NCBI GenBank assembly: GCA_965197375.1 | Contig: CBDAMZ010000008.1 | Location: forward strand, 229,398-293,397 | From: Vicinamibacterales bacterium | Lineage (GTDB): Bacteria; Acidobacteriota; Vicinamibacteria; Vicinamibacterales; UBA8438 | Length of the DNA stretch: 64,000 nucleotides | Reading direction: 5' to 3' | In this document: positions 18,536-27,734 of the stretch, piece after piece | How positions within the stretch are numbered: the first letter of the stretch is position 1 | Layout: each line of letters starts with the position of its first letter | The notes under the pieces: model-generated | The model's input: only the letters and a program-made list of their open reading frames with translations | Told to the model about the DNA's origin: nothing | Database searches by the model: none | Made by a program: the position numbers and the translations under genes

Positions 18536-20320
18536 CTAGTCCTGTGCTTTTACTCCAGCAAACAGGCCGGCGAACACTCCTCGTTGCAGCTCAAGCTCTT
18601 GTGGCGATCCCTCCTCGACGAGGCGCGACCCATCCAAAACGATCACCCGGTCGGCTTTACTGACCAGCTCGAATCGATGCGAAATCAGGATCGTCGTCCG
18701 ATCCTGCATGACCGCTTCGTAGCCCGCGATGACTCGCCGTTCCGAGATGGGATCCAGTGATGATGTCGGTTCGTCCAACACGAGCACGGCTGGGTTTGCG
18801 AGATACGCACGGGCGATGGCAATTCGTTGCCGCTCTCCAGCTGACAACGCTGTTCCGCGTTCCCCAACCACGGTTTCGTATTTTTCTGGCAGGCCTTCGA
18901 CGAAAGCATCGATACCTGCTCTGCGAGCCGCCGCGACGATCTCGGCATTAGAAGCTTGCGGCCGGCCATAGCGGATGTTTTCGGCAATGGATGTGTGAAA
19001 GACGAATGGTTCCTGGTCGACCGAGACAACGTGCTCGCGTAGATCGCCAAGTTGTACGTTGCGTAGGTCATGGCCGTTGAGCCGAACACAGCCGGTGTCT
19101 GGATCGAGCAGTCGCAAGAGTAAGTCGGCAATCATGGACTTTCCGCTCCCACTTGGCCCGACGACTGCGAGGATTTCACCTGCCTTGACTGAGAAGCTGA
19201 CCCGGTCCAGTACTGGCCCCCCGCGATCAAACGACAACGTAACGTTCTCGAATACCACGTCGCCGCGGACCTTCGGGAGAGGGGTCGCATTCGTGCGCTC
19301 GATAACATCTACCTTAGTATCGAGGAGTTGATGGACACGCCCCAGCGATACTCGTGCGGTCGCCAGATTTGCGTACAATCCCATCAGCGCCTGAATCGGG
19401 GAAAGCAACCGCATTTGGTAGGCCATGAAGGCGACGAACGTGCCCATGGTGATCGTGTCACTGATGACTCGTGAGCCACCGTAGAGGAACACGATCGCGG
19501 TGCTGCCGGACAAGATGAGTCCTGGAAGACCACCAGATAGGTACGTGACCCACTGCATGGATATCAGCGCTAGGACGAACGCGTTGTTTCTGGCTCTGAA
19601 CCGCTCGACTTCCCTGGCCTGTGCGTTAGACGTTACGATCAGTTTCACGCCTTGCAGCGTTTCGATCAGGAAGCTGCCGATGTCGGCGCTTCGCTCTCGC
19701 AGTGTTGCAACCCGGCCCTCGAGTTGAAGGCGGTAACGCTTCAGTGTCCACAGGCTTAGTGGTAGCAACACCACGCTGACGAAAAACAGGCGGGTGTCCA
19801 GCCAGATCAGCATGAAGACACTTCCGATCAAGAACAACACGTTTCCCACCCAAGCGAGGGCAGCTTCCGCAGCTACACGCTGGATTTCGCCAATATCATT
19901 GTTGATACGCGAAACGATGTCACCGAGGCGTGTGCGGGCGTAGAACGTCGGGGAAAGCCGCTGGAGATGCTGGTACAACGCGAGACGCATGTCAAATAGG
20001 ATCCCGGCCGAGACGCGTGTGTAGCGGAGCCCACTGATTACATTCAGTACGAAGCTGGACAGCGTGATGAGTGCAAATAGCAGCACGATCCGCTGAAGCG
20101 CGGCGGCATCGCGCCCGATCATCGCCTGATCGACCAGGTTTTTTGACAGGTACGGGAGGTAGAGGGACAGTACCGTGCTGAGCAGGCTCAGTCCGAGCAC
20201 CAGCAGCAACCGCCGCCAGTACGGCACGATGTAAGTGAAGGCCCAGCGGAAGTTTGGATCAACCACAGGAATGGGAAGCTTGGGACTGGAGACGAAAGAG
20301 AGAGGCCGGAAACCGATCAC
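18536..20320 (-). CDS. qhpF: ABC exporter (fused permease/ATPase) for the modified gamma subunit
   Basis: 6-TM domain, GPSGSGKS, LSAGERQR, LVLDEPT; lies between qhpB and qhpE. Confidence 0.85.
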   Translation of the reverse strand: MIGFRPLSFVSSPKLPIPVVDPNFRWAFTYIVPYWRRLLLVLGLSLLSTVLSLYLPYLSKNLVDQAMIGRDAAALQRIVLLFALITLSSFVLNVISGLRYTRVSAGILFDMRLALYQHLQRLSPTFYARTRLGDIVSRINNDIGEIQRVAAEAALAWVGNVLFLIGSVFMLIWLDTRLFFVSVVLLPLSLWTLKRYRLQLEGRVATLRERSADIGSFLIETLQGVKLIVTSNAQAREVERFRARNNAFVLALISMQWVTYLSGGLPGLILSGSTAIVFLYGGSRVISDTITMGTFVAFMAYQMRLLSPIQALMGLYANLATARVSLGRVHQLLDTKVDVIERTNATPLPKVRGDVVFENVTLSFDRGGPVLDRVSFSVKAGEILAVVGPSGSGKSMIADLLLRLLDPDTGCVRLNGHDLRNVQLGDLREHVVSVDQEPFVFHTSIAENIRYGRPQASNAEIVAAARRAGIDAFVEGLPEKYETVVGERGTALSAGERQRIAIARAYLANPAVLVLDEPTSSLDPISERRVIAGYEAVMQDRTTILISHRFELVSKADRVIVLDGSRLVEEGSPQELELQRGVFAGLFAGVKAQD

Positions 20321-20368
20321 CTTATGCTTCGAGCGAGAAAAACTGCGGCCAGAGTCGGGAACTATCGG

Positions 20369-21511
20369 TCAGGGTGGTGCCACGATTAGGTTCGTCGTCA
20401 TGTCGCCATCGAGCTCGATTCTACGCAGATGGCTGTGGGTTGAAATGTCGTAGAGGTCGATGGTATTACCGGCCTGATAGATGTACAGAAACTTGCCGTT
20501 AGTGCTGGTCTTCAAGCCCATGCGCGGCCGACCTTGAATCTCTACCCGTTCGTGCAGTCGCCGATTTTCGAGGTCAAACGTCCAGAGTTCGTAACGGCCA
20601 ATCAGGTCGGTCCGGGAGACCGGCGCGATGTTCTGTGAGGCGGCTTTCAGGAACCCGTAGGCCCTCCGGCGTCCGGGCGCTAGCGTGAAGCTGACTGATG
20701 CCTCTGGTGAAGGCCCGATGGTGTAGAAGTCGACGCTTTTCTCAGGCAGGTTGATGCGCGCCACTCCCATCATCTGGCGATTCTGAATCGGATCTCGCGC
20801 CTGGAACAACCCGGTAAAAAATCCTGGTTCTTCGTTGAACATATCGGGCGCAAAGCCGAAGCTGCCGAGGGAGCCGAAGCCTTCCTCGTGTGGCCGCGAG
20901 AGCTCCCACTTGTCAACTTGCGTGAAATTTTCTGTTTCGAAGATCAGCACGTCGTTGGAAAAGAAGTAGAGCAGGTCGCCGTCGGGTGAAAACAGCAGCT
21001 TCGTGGCCCCTAGTTCTTGGACCGAACCAGCCGGCCACGGGATCGTGCGGACCACCCGGTGTTCCGTAAGGTCATACTGCAGAAGCTCCAGCGGCCCGAT
21101 CTCGAACCGGTCGATATGCTTAGTGGTGGCACGCGCAATCAGGATCATGAGGCGGTGCAGTGGGTCGACCTGGTACCCGCTGATTCGAACCTTCCTGTTG
21201 CCTTCACTTAATGTGAACGTGTCGATGGTTTCTCTGGTCTCGACGTCGATAATTTCTATGTCCTCGAATGCGGCCTCGCCCATGTAGAGACGCTTACGGT
21301 CTTGGGAGAGAGTGAGGCTGCGCGGTATGCCGATCGTGACCGGGATTTCCGCGGTCACCTCCATGGTGGCCTCGTCTATTACGAGTATCCGGTTCGAAAT
21401 TGTGCCAACGTACAGCGTGCCATTGCCCCCGGTCACGCTCGAGCTTGACTGGGCGTCGGCCGTGGCAGTCAAGGCAACAAACACGACGGCCACCAAGAAC
21501 ACATATCGCAT
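20369..21511 (-). CDS. qhpB: Quinohemoprotein amine dehydrogenase beta subunit (beta-propeller)
   Basis: Signal peptide, YVTN-like repeats, C-terminal IELDGDM; immediately after qhpC. Confidence 0.85.
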   Translation of the reverse strand: MRYVFLVAVVFVALTATADAQSSSSVTGGNGTLYVGTISNRILVIDEATMEVTAEIPVTIGIPRSLTLSQDRKRLYMGEAAFEDIEIIDVETRETIDTFTLSEGNRKVRISGYQVDPLHRLMILIARATTKHIDRFEIGPLELLQYDLTEHRVVRTIPWPAGSVQELGATKLLFSPDGDLLYFFSNDVLIFETENFTQVDKWELSRPHEEGFGSLGSFGFAPDMFNEEPGFFTGLFQARDPIQNRQMMGVARINLPEKSVDFYTIGPSPEASVSFTLAPGRRRAYGFLKAASQNIAPVSRTDLIGRYELWTFDLENRRLHERVEIQGRPRMGLKTSTNGKFLYIYQAGNTIDLYDISTHSHLRRIELDGDMTTNLIVAPP

Positions 21512-21603
21512 GGGAAGCTCAGCCCTGAAGAAAGTTTAAGGTCAACAAGAAAAATCGAATAACGTCCAGCACGGCGTTCGGCGTCGAACCTTTCGACTAT
21601 GGA

Positions 21604-21957
21604 CTACGGAAAGACCAGATCGATCTTCCGCCAGTCCTTTGCGGCTGCAGCACAGGTGCTCGTCCAGTCGGGCGAGTAGTTGAGATGGTCTGGCACCTGC
21701 GCTGGCCAGAAGCAGCCCGTGTAGCAGTCAAACAGATCCCGCTCGACCGGCGAGCACAAGCCAGCCGTGCCGCCATTGCGATCGGTCTCCCACCCTGGTG
21801 AGAAGATCAGTGTGCAGCCCATCGGCACGTGCGCTGAGGGCTGCTGTGGTGGCCCTTGGCCTTGCAACGCCACCACACCGTTACGCGCCTTCATCGACTT
21901 CTGTACGTGTCGATCCACGCGTCCAGCCTTTTGGTTAATCGACCTTAAGTGCTTCAT
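21604..21957 (-). CDS. qhpC: Quinohemoprotein amine dehydrogenase gamma subunit (CTQ precursor), 117 aa
   Basis: MKHLRSINQKA leader; GCTLIFSPGWE, LCSPVERDLFDCYTGCFWPAQVPD, DWRKIDLVFP. True start is ATG 21957, not the longer ORF call. Confidence 0.95.
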   Translation of the reverse strand: MKHLRSINQKAGRVDRHVQKSMKARNGVVALQGQGPPQQPSAHVPMGCTLIFSPGWETDRNGGTAGLCSPVERDLFDCYTGCFWPAQVPDHLNYSPDWTSTCAAAAKDWRKIDLVFP

Positions 21958-23392
21958 TGTCTGCCTCTGTGTCGAACCGTGTGAGGAACCCCGGGTTCCG
22001 TTCGGAGAGCTCGCCGTAAACCTGCAGGCACGTGTCAGTCCAGCCGCGAATCCATTCGCAGTAATGAAGGTTCGGCCGCTCGGTTGTGCCGTATCGCGTA
22101 TGTGCTTCGTGATAGCAACCACCCGAGCACAGCGGCCGGGCCCAACAGGTGTGACAGTCGGTCTTGCTCGCGATGTGATGCTTGTCGAGGAAGTCACGCT
22201 GCGTCTCGTGATCGATGCCGTCGCGGACGGTTCCGAGCTTGTGGTCATCCGATCCCGCAAACCGGTGGCAGAGTGCCACATCGCCGTCCGTCGCGACGCC
22301 CATCAACCCTAGTCCGGCACCACAGGGGTACGCCTTACTCACGCCCTTGTGGATCTCGGAGAGGGTCTCCTTGATGTTTGAAAATGCATGAGGTCGGCCG
22401 GCTACCGCATGGTCGAGGAACTCGTAAGCGAGCTCACGGAATTGCCCGAGCATGTGGCTAAAACCATCTTCTCCGATCGCGTAATCGCGGTTGGGTGCCG
22501 TTGTAACCGGCGCGAAGCCGACTTCCGTGAACCCGATTTCCTCGGTGAGGTGGCGAAAGATCTTCTTGATGTCGATAACCTGGGAGGTCAGGGTGACACG
22601 CGCCCCGATCGGACGGCTGCGATGCCGACGCAGGAGCTCGCGGACCTTCGGCTTCACGACGTCGTAGCTACCAGCCCCGTTGTGAAAGACGCGGAACTTG
22701 TCCTGCATGTCTTTGGGCCCGTCAATCGAAACCGTGACCAACACGTCGTTATCCGCCAGGAACTCGATAATCTCGGGTTCTAGTAGCGTGGCGTTGGTGG
22801 TCAGACTGAACTCTACCCGCTTTCCCAACTCCGCAGCTCGTTGCTTCGCGTAGGGAATCGTCTTTTTGAGGACCGGAAAATTGAGTAGGGTCTCACCGCC
22901 GAAGAACGTCACGTTCGCGACCTTGTTGGATCCTGACTCTCTGAGCATGAAATCCACGCTTTCGCGCGCGGTTTCTTCGGTCATGAACTTGGGCTTCTTT
23001 CCGTTCGCCGTGTCGACAATCTTGTCCTCCCCGTACTCATAGCAGTAGGTACAGGCCAGGTTGCACTGGTTGGTCACGTTTAGCACCAGTGTCGACAGTG
23101 GGAACGGAGCCAGGGGAATGATTTTCGGCATCGGCGCCGCGGGCGCCTCGTGCTCGCCAACAGCCTGGACCTGCTCGAGTTCCTCGATGCTAGCTTCGAC
23201 GTCGGCGGGGGAAAACCGGTCAGACAGGGCGCCGGTCAAATCGGCACGCGTCAACCGGTGCTCACGTAACTCTTCGAGGATGGCGTGTGACGTCTCGTCG
23301 AGCGCGAACACGGCGGCGCTCGGGACGAGGTACACGAAAGGGCGTCCGGAGGCTTCGAAGGAGTGAAACTCGCGTAGGGCCAGTGTTTTCAT
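21935..23392 (-). CDS. qhpD: Radical SAM/SPASM thioether-forming maturase
   Basis: CNLACTYC, FFGGE, SIDG, PCGAG, LCHRF, CHTCWARPLCSGGCYH, CEWIRGW; N-terminal RRE-like region. Confidence 0.95.
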   Translation of the reverse strand: MKTLALREFHSFEASGRPFVYLVPSAAVFALDETSHAILEELREHRLTRADLTGALSDRFSPADVEASIEELEQVQAVGEHEAPAAPMPKIIPLAPFPLSTLVLNVTNQCNLACTYCYEYGEDKIVDTANGKKPKFMTEETARESVDFMLRESGSNKVANVTFFGGETLLNFPVLKKTIPYAKQRAAELGKRVEFSLTTNATLLEPEIIEFLADNDVLVTVSIDGPKDMQDKFRVFHNGAGSYDVVKPKVRELLRRHRSRPIGARVTLTSQVIDIKKIFRHLTEEIGFTEVGFAPVTTAPNRDYAIGEDGFSHMLGQFRELAYEFLDHAVAGRPHAFSNIKETLSEIHKGVSKAYPCGAGLGLMGVATDGDVALCHRFAGSDDHKLGTVRDGIDHETQRDFLDKHHIASKTDCHTCWARPLCSGGCYHEAHTRYGTTERPNLHYCEWIRGWTDTCLQVYGELSERNPGFLTRFDTEADNEALKVD

Positions 23393-25179
23393 TGTCCGGT
23401 CTCCTCAGGGTACCACCGCCGGTACAGTGGTGGCATAACGACCAGGTGCGCCCGGCCCCGCAGAACCCGGGCCTGTGAGCCGCCCTCGGGTGTGAACGTG
23501 GCGATCACCCAGACATCGCCGATGTTGTTGCGGCCGACCGCGGGACGACTGAAGTCCAGCCCCATGGCGGGGCTCCGCGCCCGCTCCGGGTTCGGCCCAT
23601 CAGCTGCTGGTGTGAACAGGCCGTCCGAGTCGATCGTGCCCACGAACTGCACGTCGTCGTCGATGTACGTGGCGGAGTACTCTTCGAGGCTCCAGGTTGC
23701 TTTGATCGGGCCGAGCTGTAGGTCGTCGTCGGTATCGAGTTGCCCATCCTGGCCCTTGTGATAGGCGACCGCCTCGAATTGTTGATACCCCTTCGGGAAC
23801 GCGACGCCGCCGATCCGAGCTGATCCCCACTGAGGTATCACCTTGATCGCATCAATCTGATCGTAGACAACGAACCCACGTTCGGCGAAGGCCTGTGCTA
23901 TGAACACGTCACGTGCGCTGCTGCCCGCGTCGATTGCAACATCCAACTCGACGGTCACCATGTCTGATGCCACGCCGACTACTCGGGTGACCGTGACGCC
24001 TTGGCCGAAGTCAAAATCAGCGGGCGATAGCGTGGCCGGGAAGTTTGATCCGTAGATCTGTACTTCCTGTCCCCGGGTTGAGGCCTTGACGGCCCTCGGG
24101 GAGACGCCAAGCACGATCGGATCGTTGCCAGCGCGCCGCAACGTGATATCCAGGCCTTTTTCATCGTAGGCGCCCGTGAACCATCGGCCCCACATCTGCT
24201 GCCAGTCGCGCTCTACGAACATGACCTCGTTCAATCTCTCGGCGCCTTGATCTCCTTCAACGGATCGCCCTCTCCACTGGAACCCGGTGTACACAATAGC
24301 GTTGCCACTTCTGGTGGTCGACCTGCCATTTTGTGGGTACGTGTAGGCTGCCTGCGTCATGAACTCGCCAGGTACGTCCGGGCTCGCCGTGATCACAACA
24401 CGGCCGTAGATGGGGCCCTTGCCGGGTTGATGGCCTGATAGTAACCAAGTGCCTGCGAGCTTCGGCTCGCGCATGTTGGCCGACCATTCTCCCCACTCGG
24501 GCGTGTGCAGCGGAAAAGCCTTCGCGAGATGGTCGATGGCCTTATCCATCGGATGCCGGTTGTCGCGCAGCTCCCCCTCTGGCCCGGTGCCTGGCTGTAG
24601 TGGTTCCAAGCGCCGAAAGCCTACGCGATCGACCAGCGGGTAATAGCCGCGGTGCATAGCAACCAGCAGCGCCCATTCCTCCCCAGTCCGGCGCTGCAAC
24701 ATCGCCCTTCCTATTGAGTGACACTGCACGCAGGTTTTCTCAGTGTCGCGGTCCGAGTAGGTGAAGTCGATCATGCGGCGCTCAGCTTCGAACGCCGCTG
24801 GGCGAAGTTCTTCGGGGGCGATACCCAGGTGGTTTGATAAGTATTTGACGATTTCTCGCGCCATTTGTGGCTCGATCTCCAAGCCGTTCAGCCCTATCAT
24901 CCGCCGCATTTTATGCTGCCAACCTTCTGGTGTCGCTCGCATGTAGGAGATGCGCGACATGCGGTTCTGATCGTCGAGCTGATGGCAGGAGCTGCAAGCC
25001 TCCCACACGAGCTCACTCGTAATCGGGATACCTTCCGGTTCGGACACGCTCTCCGAGGCCTGTTCCGTCGCAGGCGTCCCTTCTGGGGGTGCCGAGGCCG
25101 TGCCCGGCAGCCCTAGAAAAACCAGCAAGATCGCGACGCAAAAAACCGGTAGCGGTCTGAGTTGTGACACATTCACCAT
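23389..25179 (-). CDS. qhpA: Quinohemoprotein amine dehydrogenase alpha subunit (diheme c)
   Basis: CSSCH and CVQCH, SRISYMRATPEGW, GLFTPAADGPNPER, NNIGD. Confidence 0.95.
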   Translation of the reverse strand: MVNVSQLRPLPVFCVAILLVFLGLPGTASAPPEGTPATEQASESVSEPEGIPITSELVWEACSSCHQLDDQNRMSRISYMRATPEGWQHKMRRMIGLNGLEIEPQMAREIVKYLSNHLGIAPEELRPAAFEAERRMIDFTYSDRDTEKTCVQCHSIGRAMLQRRTGEEWALLVAMHRGYYPLVDRVGFRRLEPLQPGTGPEGELRDNRHPMDKAIDHLAKAFPLHTPEWGEWSANMREPKLAGTWLLSGHQPGKGPIYGRVVITASPDVPGEFMTQAAYTYPQNGRSTTRSGNAIVYTGFQWRGRSVEGDQGAERLNEVMFVERDWQQMWGRWFTGAYDEKGLDITLRRAGNDPIVLGVSPRAVKASTRGQEVQIYGSNFPATLSPADFDFGQGVTVTRVVGVASDMVTVELDVAIDAGSSARDVFIAQAFAERGFVVYDQIDAIKVIPQWGSARIGGVAFPKGYQQFEAVAYHKGQDGQLDTDDDLQLGPIKATWSLEEYSATYIDDDVQFVGTIDSDGLFTPAADGPNPERARSPAMGLDFSRPAVGRNNIGDVWVIATFTPEGGSQARVLRGRAHLVVMPPLYRRWYPEETGQ

Positions 25180-25204
25180 CGTGGGTCACCCCCACCCGTG
25201 GTGA

Positions 25205-25233
25205 CTTTTAGCATACCTCTTGAGTGGAAGCAA
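25205..25233 (-). promoter_or_regulatory. Possible sigma70-type promoter for qhpA
   Basis: Minus strand TTGCTT-N17-TAAAAG with a TG extension; the -10 is imperfect. Confidence 0.3.
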
Positions 25234-25387
25234 TCGGATTCACGCGGTCGGCTGTGGCCGCCTAGCCCTGGTGCAATCTGTAGCCTGAGCGCTGAGCCTT
25301 TTCTACCCCGGCCAGTGCCCAGCTCTCTGGTGCCAAGCCGTTCCGCCTAGCTCGCTCCTCGTGTTTCTTTGGCACGTCATAACTTTG

Positions 25388-26968
25388 CTACAGGATGTCA
25401 TTTCTTAGAATGCCCTTCGCGAGCAGGACCGACAGCGCGCCGAGAAAGTCTGGCAGAATGACGGGTTGGTTGGCTCGGTTGTACGCGTCGAAGAGGTCTG
25501 GAACCTGTCTGTGGTTACCAGCGATATTCACCAGAGCTGGGAGATCGACACCGCGGAGGAAACGGATACCCGCTGGTCCAGTGGTCAACGAATTTGCAAC
25601 GAGCCTGTCTTCCAGAATGACTTTTCGACCGAGGACAGCCGGTCTCTTGTCGGTACAGGCCTGGTTGGTCGGCTGCAGCTCGATCGACGGGCCGCGCTTG
25701 AGTGCCTCGAACGCCGCAAGCACTGTAGGATCGCGCCGCAGCCCATCGACATTAACCTCTTCTCCTGCCACCCCCGTATCGACCGTTGTGGCGCGGCCGG
25801 TCCAGAAGGGGTGCGGGTGACCGCTTGCCGCTTCGTGGAAGAACCGCGTCGATTGCTTCAGGTAGCTTGTATACATGTGATGTTCACGCATCGAAAAAAA
25901 TTCGAGCGCCGATGTTTGTATGTCCGGCGTCGTCAGGCACGTGTGGACGACGACCGCTGCTAGCCAGGCAGAAGCGAGCGCTTTCTTGACGCCGAAGGAG
26001 GAGAGCGGATCTATGAAGGATGCGGCGTCACCGACGAGCAGCACTCCCGGGCCGCCGTACTGGCGCGCGTAGTACAGCGAGGCATCGCGCCCCCAGGGCG
26101 AGCCTTGCAAGGCCGCCTTTGCTACGAGCTGTCTAAATTGCCGCGTCTTGCTCAGCTCTGCTCGGTAAAGGTGCTCCAGGCGTTCTCCGCGCTCAAGCTC
26201 GGTCACACGCGGATCGACCATGACCGTGACGTAGCGGACGGATGACGAAACTGGCACCGACCACGCCCAGCCGTCTGCGTAGGTTTCAACTAACGTGTGG
26301 CTTTCGTCGTCTAATTCCCAGCCGCCCGCGCGCTGCCACATGCCAACCAATGCAACCGTGGCGTGAGTTCGTTCGTGCCTTCGAAATCCTTGGCGCGCGA
26401 TGACCCCGGCGCGACCGGAGCAATCGAGCATGAACCTCGCGCTTACAACGGCACGTCCACCTTCTGCGTCCTCGTACTCCACCTGTCCGACCATGGCTTC
26501 GGGCGAGCTGGGCGGCGTTGCCTGCCGAACCCTGCTATTCCGCTGTACGCGTGCTCCCCCGCTCTCCGCGAGACTCAGGAGAAGCCGATCAAAGTCACGC
26601 CGTACGACCTGATATCCGGTGCTGCCGTCTGCGAAATTTTCGGATCGCTTGTCTGTCTCACCCCACCAAACTGTGTTCCCGCGCGTTCGGTAGAGTCCCG
26701 CCTGGTCGACGGCATCGAGCGTGCCGAGAACATCGAAGAGTTTTCGGCAACTTGGCGGTAGCGACTCGGCAAGTGTGGGGCCGTCTGGCTCCGCCTTCGT
26801 GATCAGGAGAACGGAATGTCCCCACCGTGCGAGGAGACGCGCGACCGACGAGCCAGCAGGCCCTGCGCCGATGATCACCGCGTCGAAGCAGGTGTTGTTA
26901 ACTGAGGACTGCATTCCCGAACGCCACGTCCAGCCTGAAACGATGATAGGCCCTGACACAGCGTACAT
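25388..26968 (-). CDS. qhpG: FAD-dependent monooxygenase (tryptophan-halogenase-like) for CTQ Trp dihydroxylation
   Basis: IIGAGPAG, ESLPP, DCSGR, GWAWSVP, GDAASFIDPLSSFG, C-terminal winged-helix-like tail; upstream of qhpA. Start may be ATG ~26914. Confidence 0.85.
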   Translation of the reverse strand: MYAVSGPIIVSGWTWRSGMQSSVNNTCFDAVIIGAGPAGSSVARLLARWGHSVLLITKAEPDGPTLAESLPPSCRKLFDVLGTLDAVDQAGLYRTRGNTVWWGETDKRSENFADGSTGYQVVRRDFDRLLLSLAESGGARVQRNSRVRQATPPSSPEAMVGQVEYEDAEGGRAVVSARFMLDCSGRAGVIARQGFRRHERTHATVALVGMWQRAGGWELDDESHTLVETYADGWAWSVPVSSSVRYVTVMVDPRVTELERGERLEHLYRAELSKTRQFRQLVAKAALQGSPWGRDASLYYARQYGGPGVLLVGDAASFIDPLSSFGVKKALASAWLAAVVVHTCLTTPDIQTSALEFFSMREHHMYTSYLKQSTRFFHEAASGHPHPFWTGRATTVDTGVAGEEVNVDGLRRDPTVLAAFEALKRGPSIELQPTNQACTDKRPAVLGRKVILEDRLVANSLTTGPAGIRFLRGVDLPALVNIAGNHRQVPDLFDAYNRANQPVILPDFLGALSVLLAKGILRNDIL

Positions 26969-27160
26969 CAGGCTTCGCGCCGATTGTCACTGCTTGGGAG
27001 AGGCTCTCAAGCCGAGGGAGTACGACCGCGTGCGGGAAGTGCGGACCGCGAGTGAGCTTACCTCGCGCGACGACTGAGCTGCTGGGTGGCGAGGAAGACA
27101 GAGAACACGCGCTTGCGTACTCGACAAGGCGAGCCAGTCACACCCGTACGCGGGAGCCGA

Positions 27161-27574
27161 TTACTGGTTGGTCCGCTTATACAGATCACGCAGGTAGTTT
27201 ACGGTGTTCCAGATATCCTCGTCCGTGATCCGCCCTTCCCACGGCTCCATGGAATAGTCCGGCGGGACGCCTTCTCTGATCAACCTGAAGACCTCGGCGT
27301 CGCTGCCGCCATGGTCCCACTCGTCGTCGACCAGGTTCGCCGGCATCGCATCTGCGGGAGCGCCGAGGCCATCCCCTTTTCCCTCAGGCCCGTGACATGA
27401 CCGGCAGAATCGCGCGTAGATCACACGCCCCCCCGCTACCGATTCCTCGGACATCGCAATCGGGTTGTCCTGGGCTTTGAGGACCACGATCGCGGCTGAG
27501 TTGCCAGGCGACGCGACCATCAGACCGCCGCCGACCAGTGTGAGCACTGCAAAGCCTACCGACACGTAACGCAT
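27161..27574 (-). CDS. Exported monoheme cytochrome c, probable QHNDH electron acceptor
   Basis: Signal peptide, CRSCH, MEPW distal Met, SD GGAGGT upstream. Confidence 0.9.
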   Translation of the reverse strand: MRYVSVGFAVLTLVGGGLMVASPGNSAAIVVLKAQDNPIAMSEESVAGGRVIYARFCRSCHGPEGKGDGLGAPADAMPANLVDDEWDHGGSDAEVFRLIREGVPPDYSMEPWEGRITDEDIWNTVNYLRDLYKRTNQ

Positions 27575-27611
27575 GCTGACCTCCTGCTGCTATTCCACAC
27601 GAGTGGTGGTC

Positions 27612-27640
27612 ATTCTAGGGTCAGCCGATGGACAGGTCAA
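27612..27640 (-). promoter_or_regulatory. Sigma70-type promoter for the cytochrome c / qhp cluster
   Basis: Minus strand TTGACC-N17-TAGAAT, 37 nt upstream of the start codon. Confidence 0.7.
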
Positions 27641-27734
27641 CGGGTCGCGTGGCAGGGCCAACAAAAGGGATCGGATAGAATGGAGAATTGTACCGCCCCA
27701 GGGTTCTTGGACAGTGGTTTGACGGTATTCGCAT

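Noticed and set aside
21604-22281. 225-aa ORF call for the gamma subunit
   Set aside because: The N-terminal 108 aa overlap qhpD out of frame; the QhpC leader MKHL starts at 21957.
25388-26968. Tryptophan halogenase / halogenated RiPP pathway
   Set aside because: Position beside qhpA and the C-terminal winged-helix-like tail fit QhpG; no flavin reductase or separate precursor is present.
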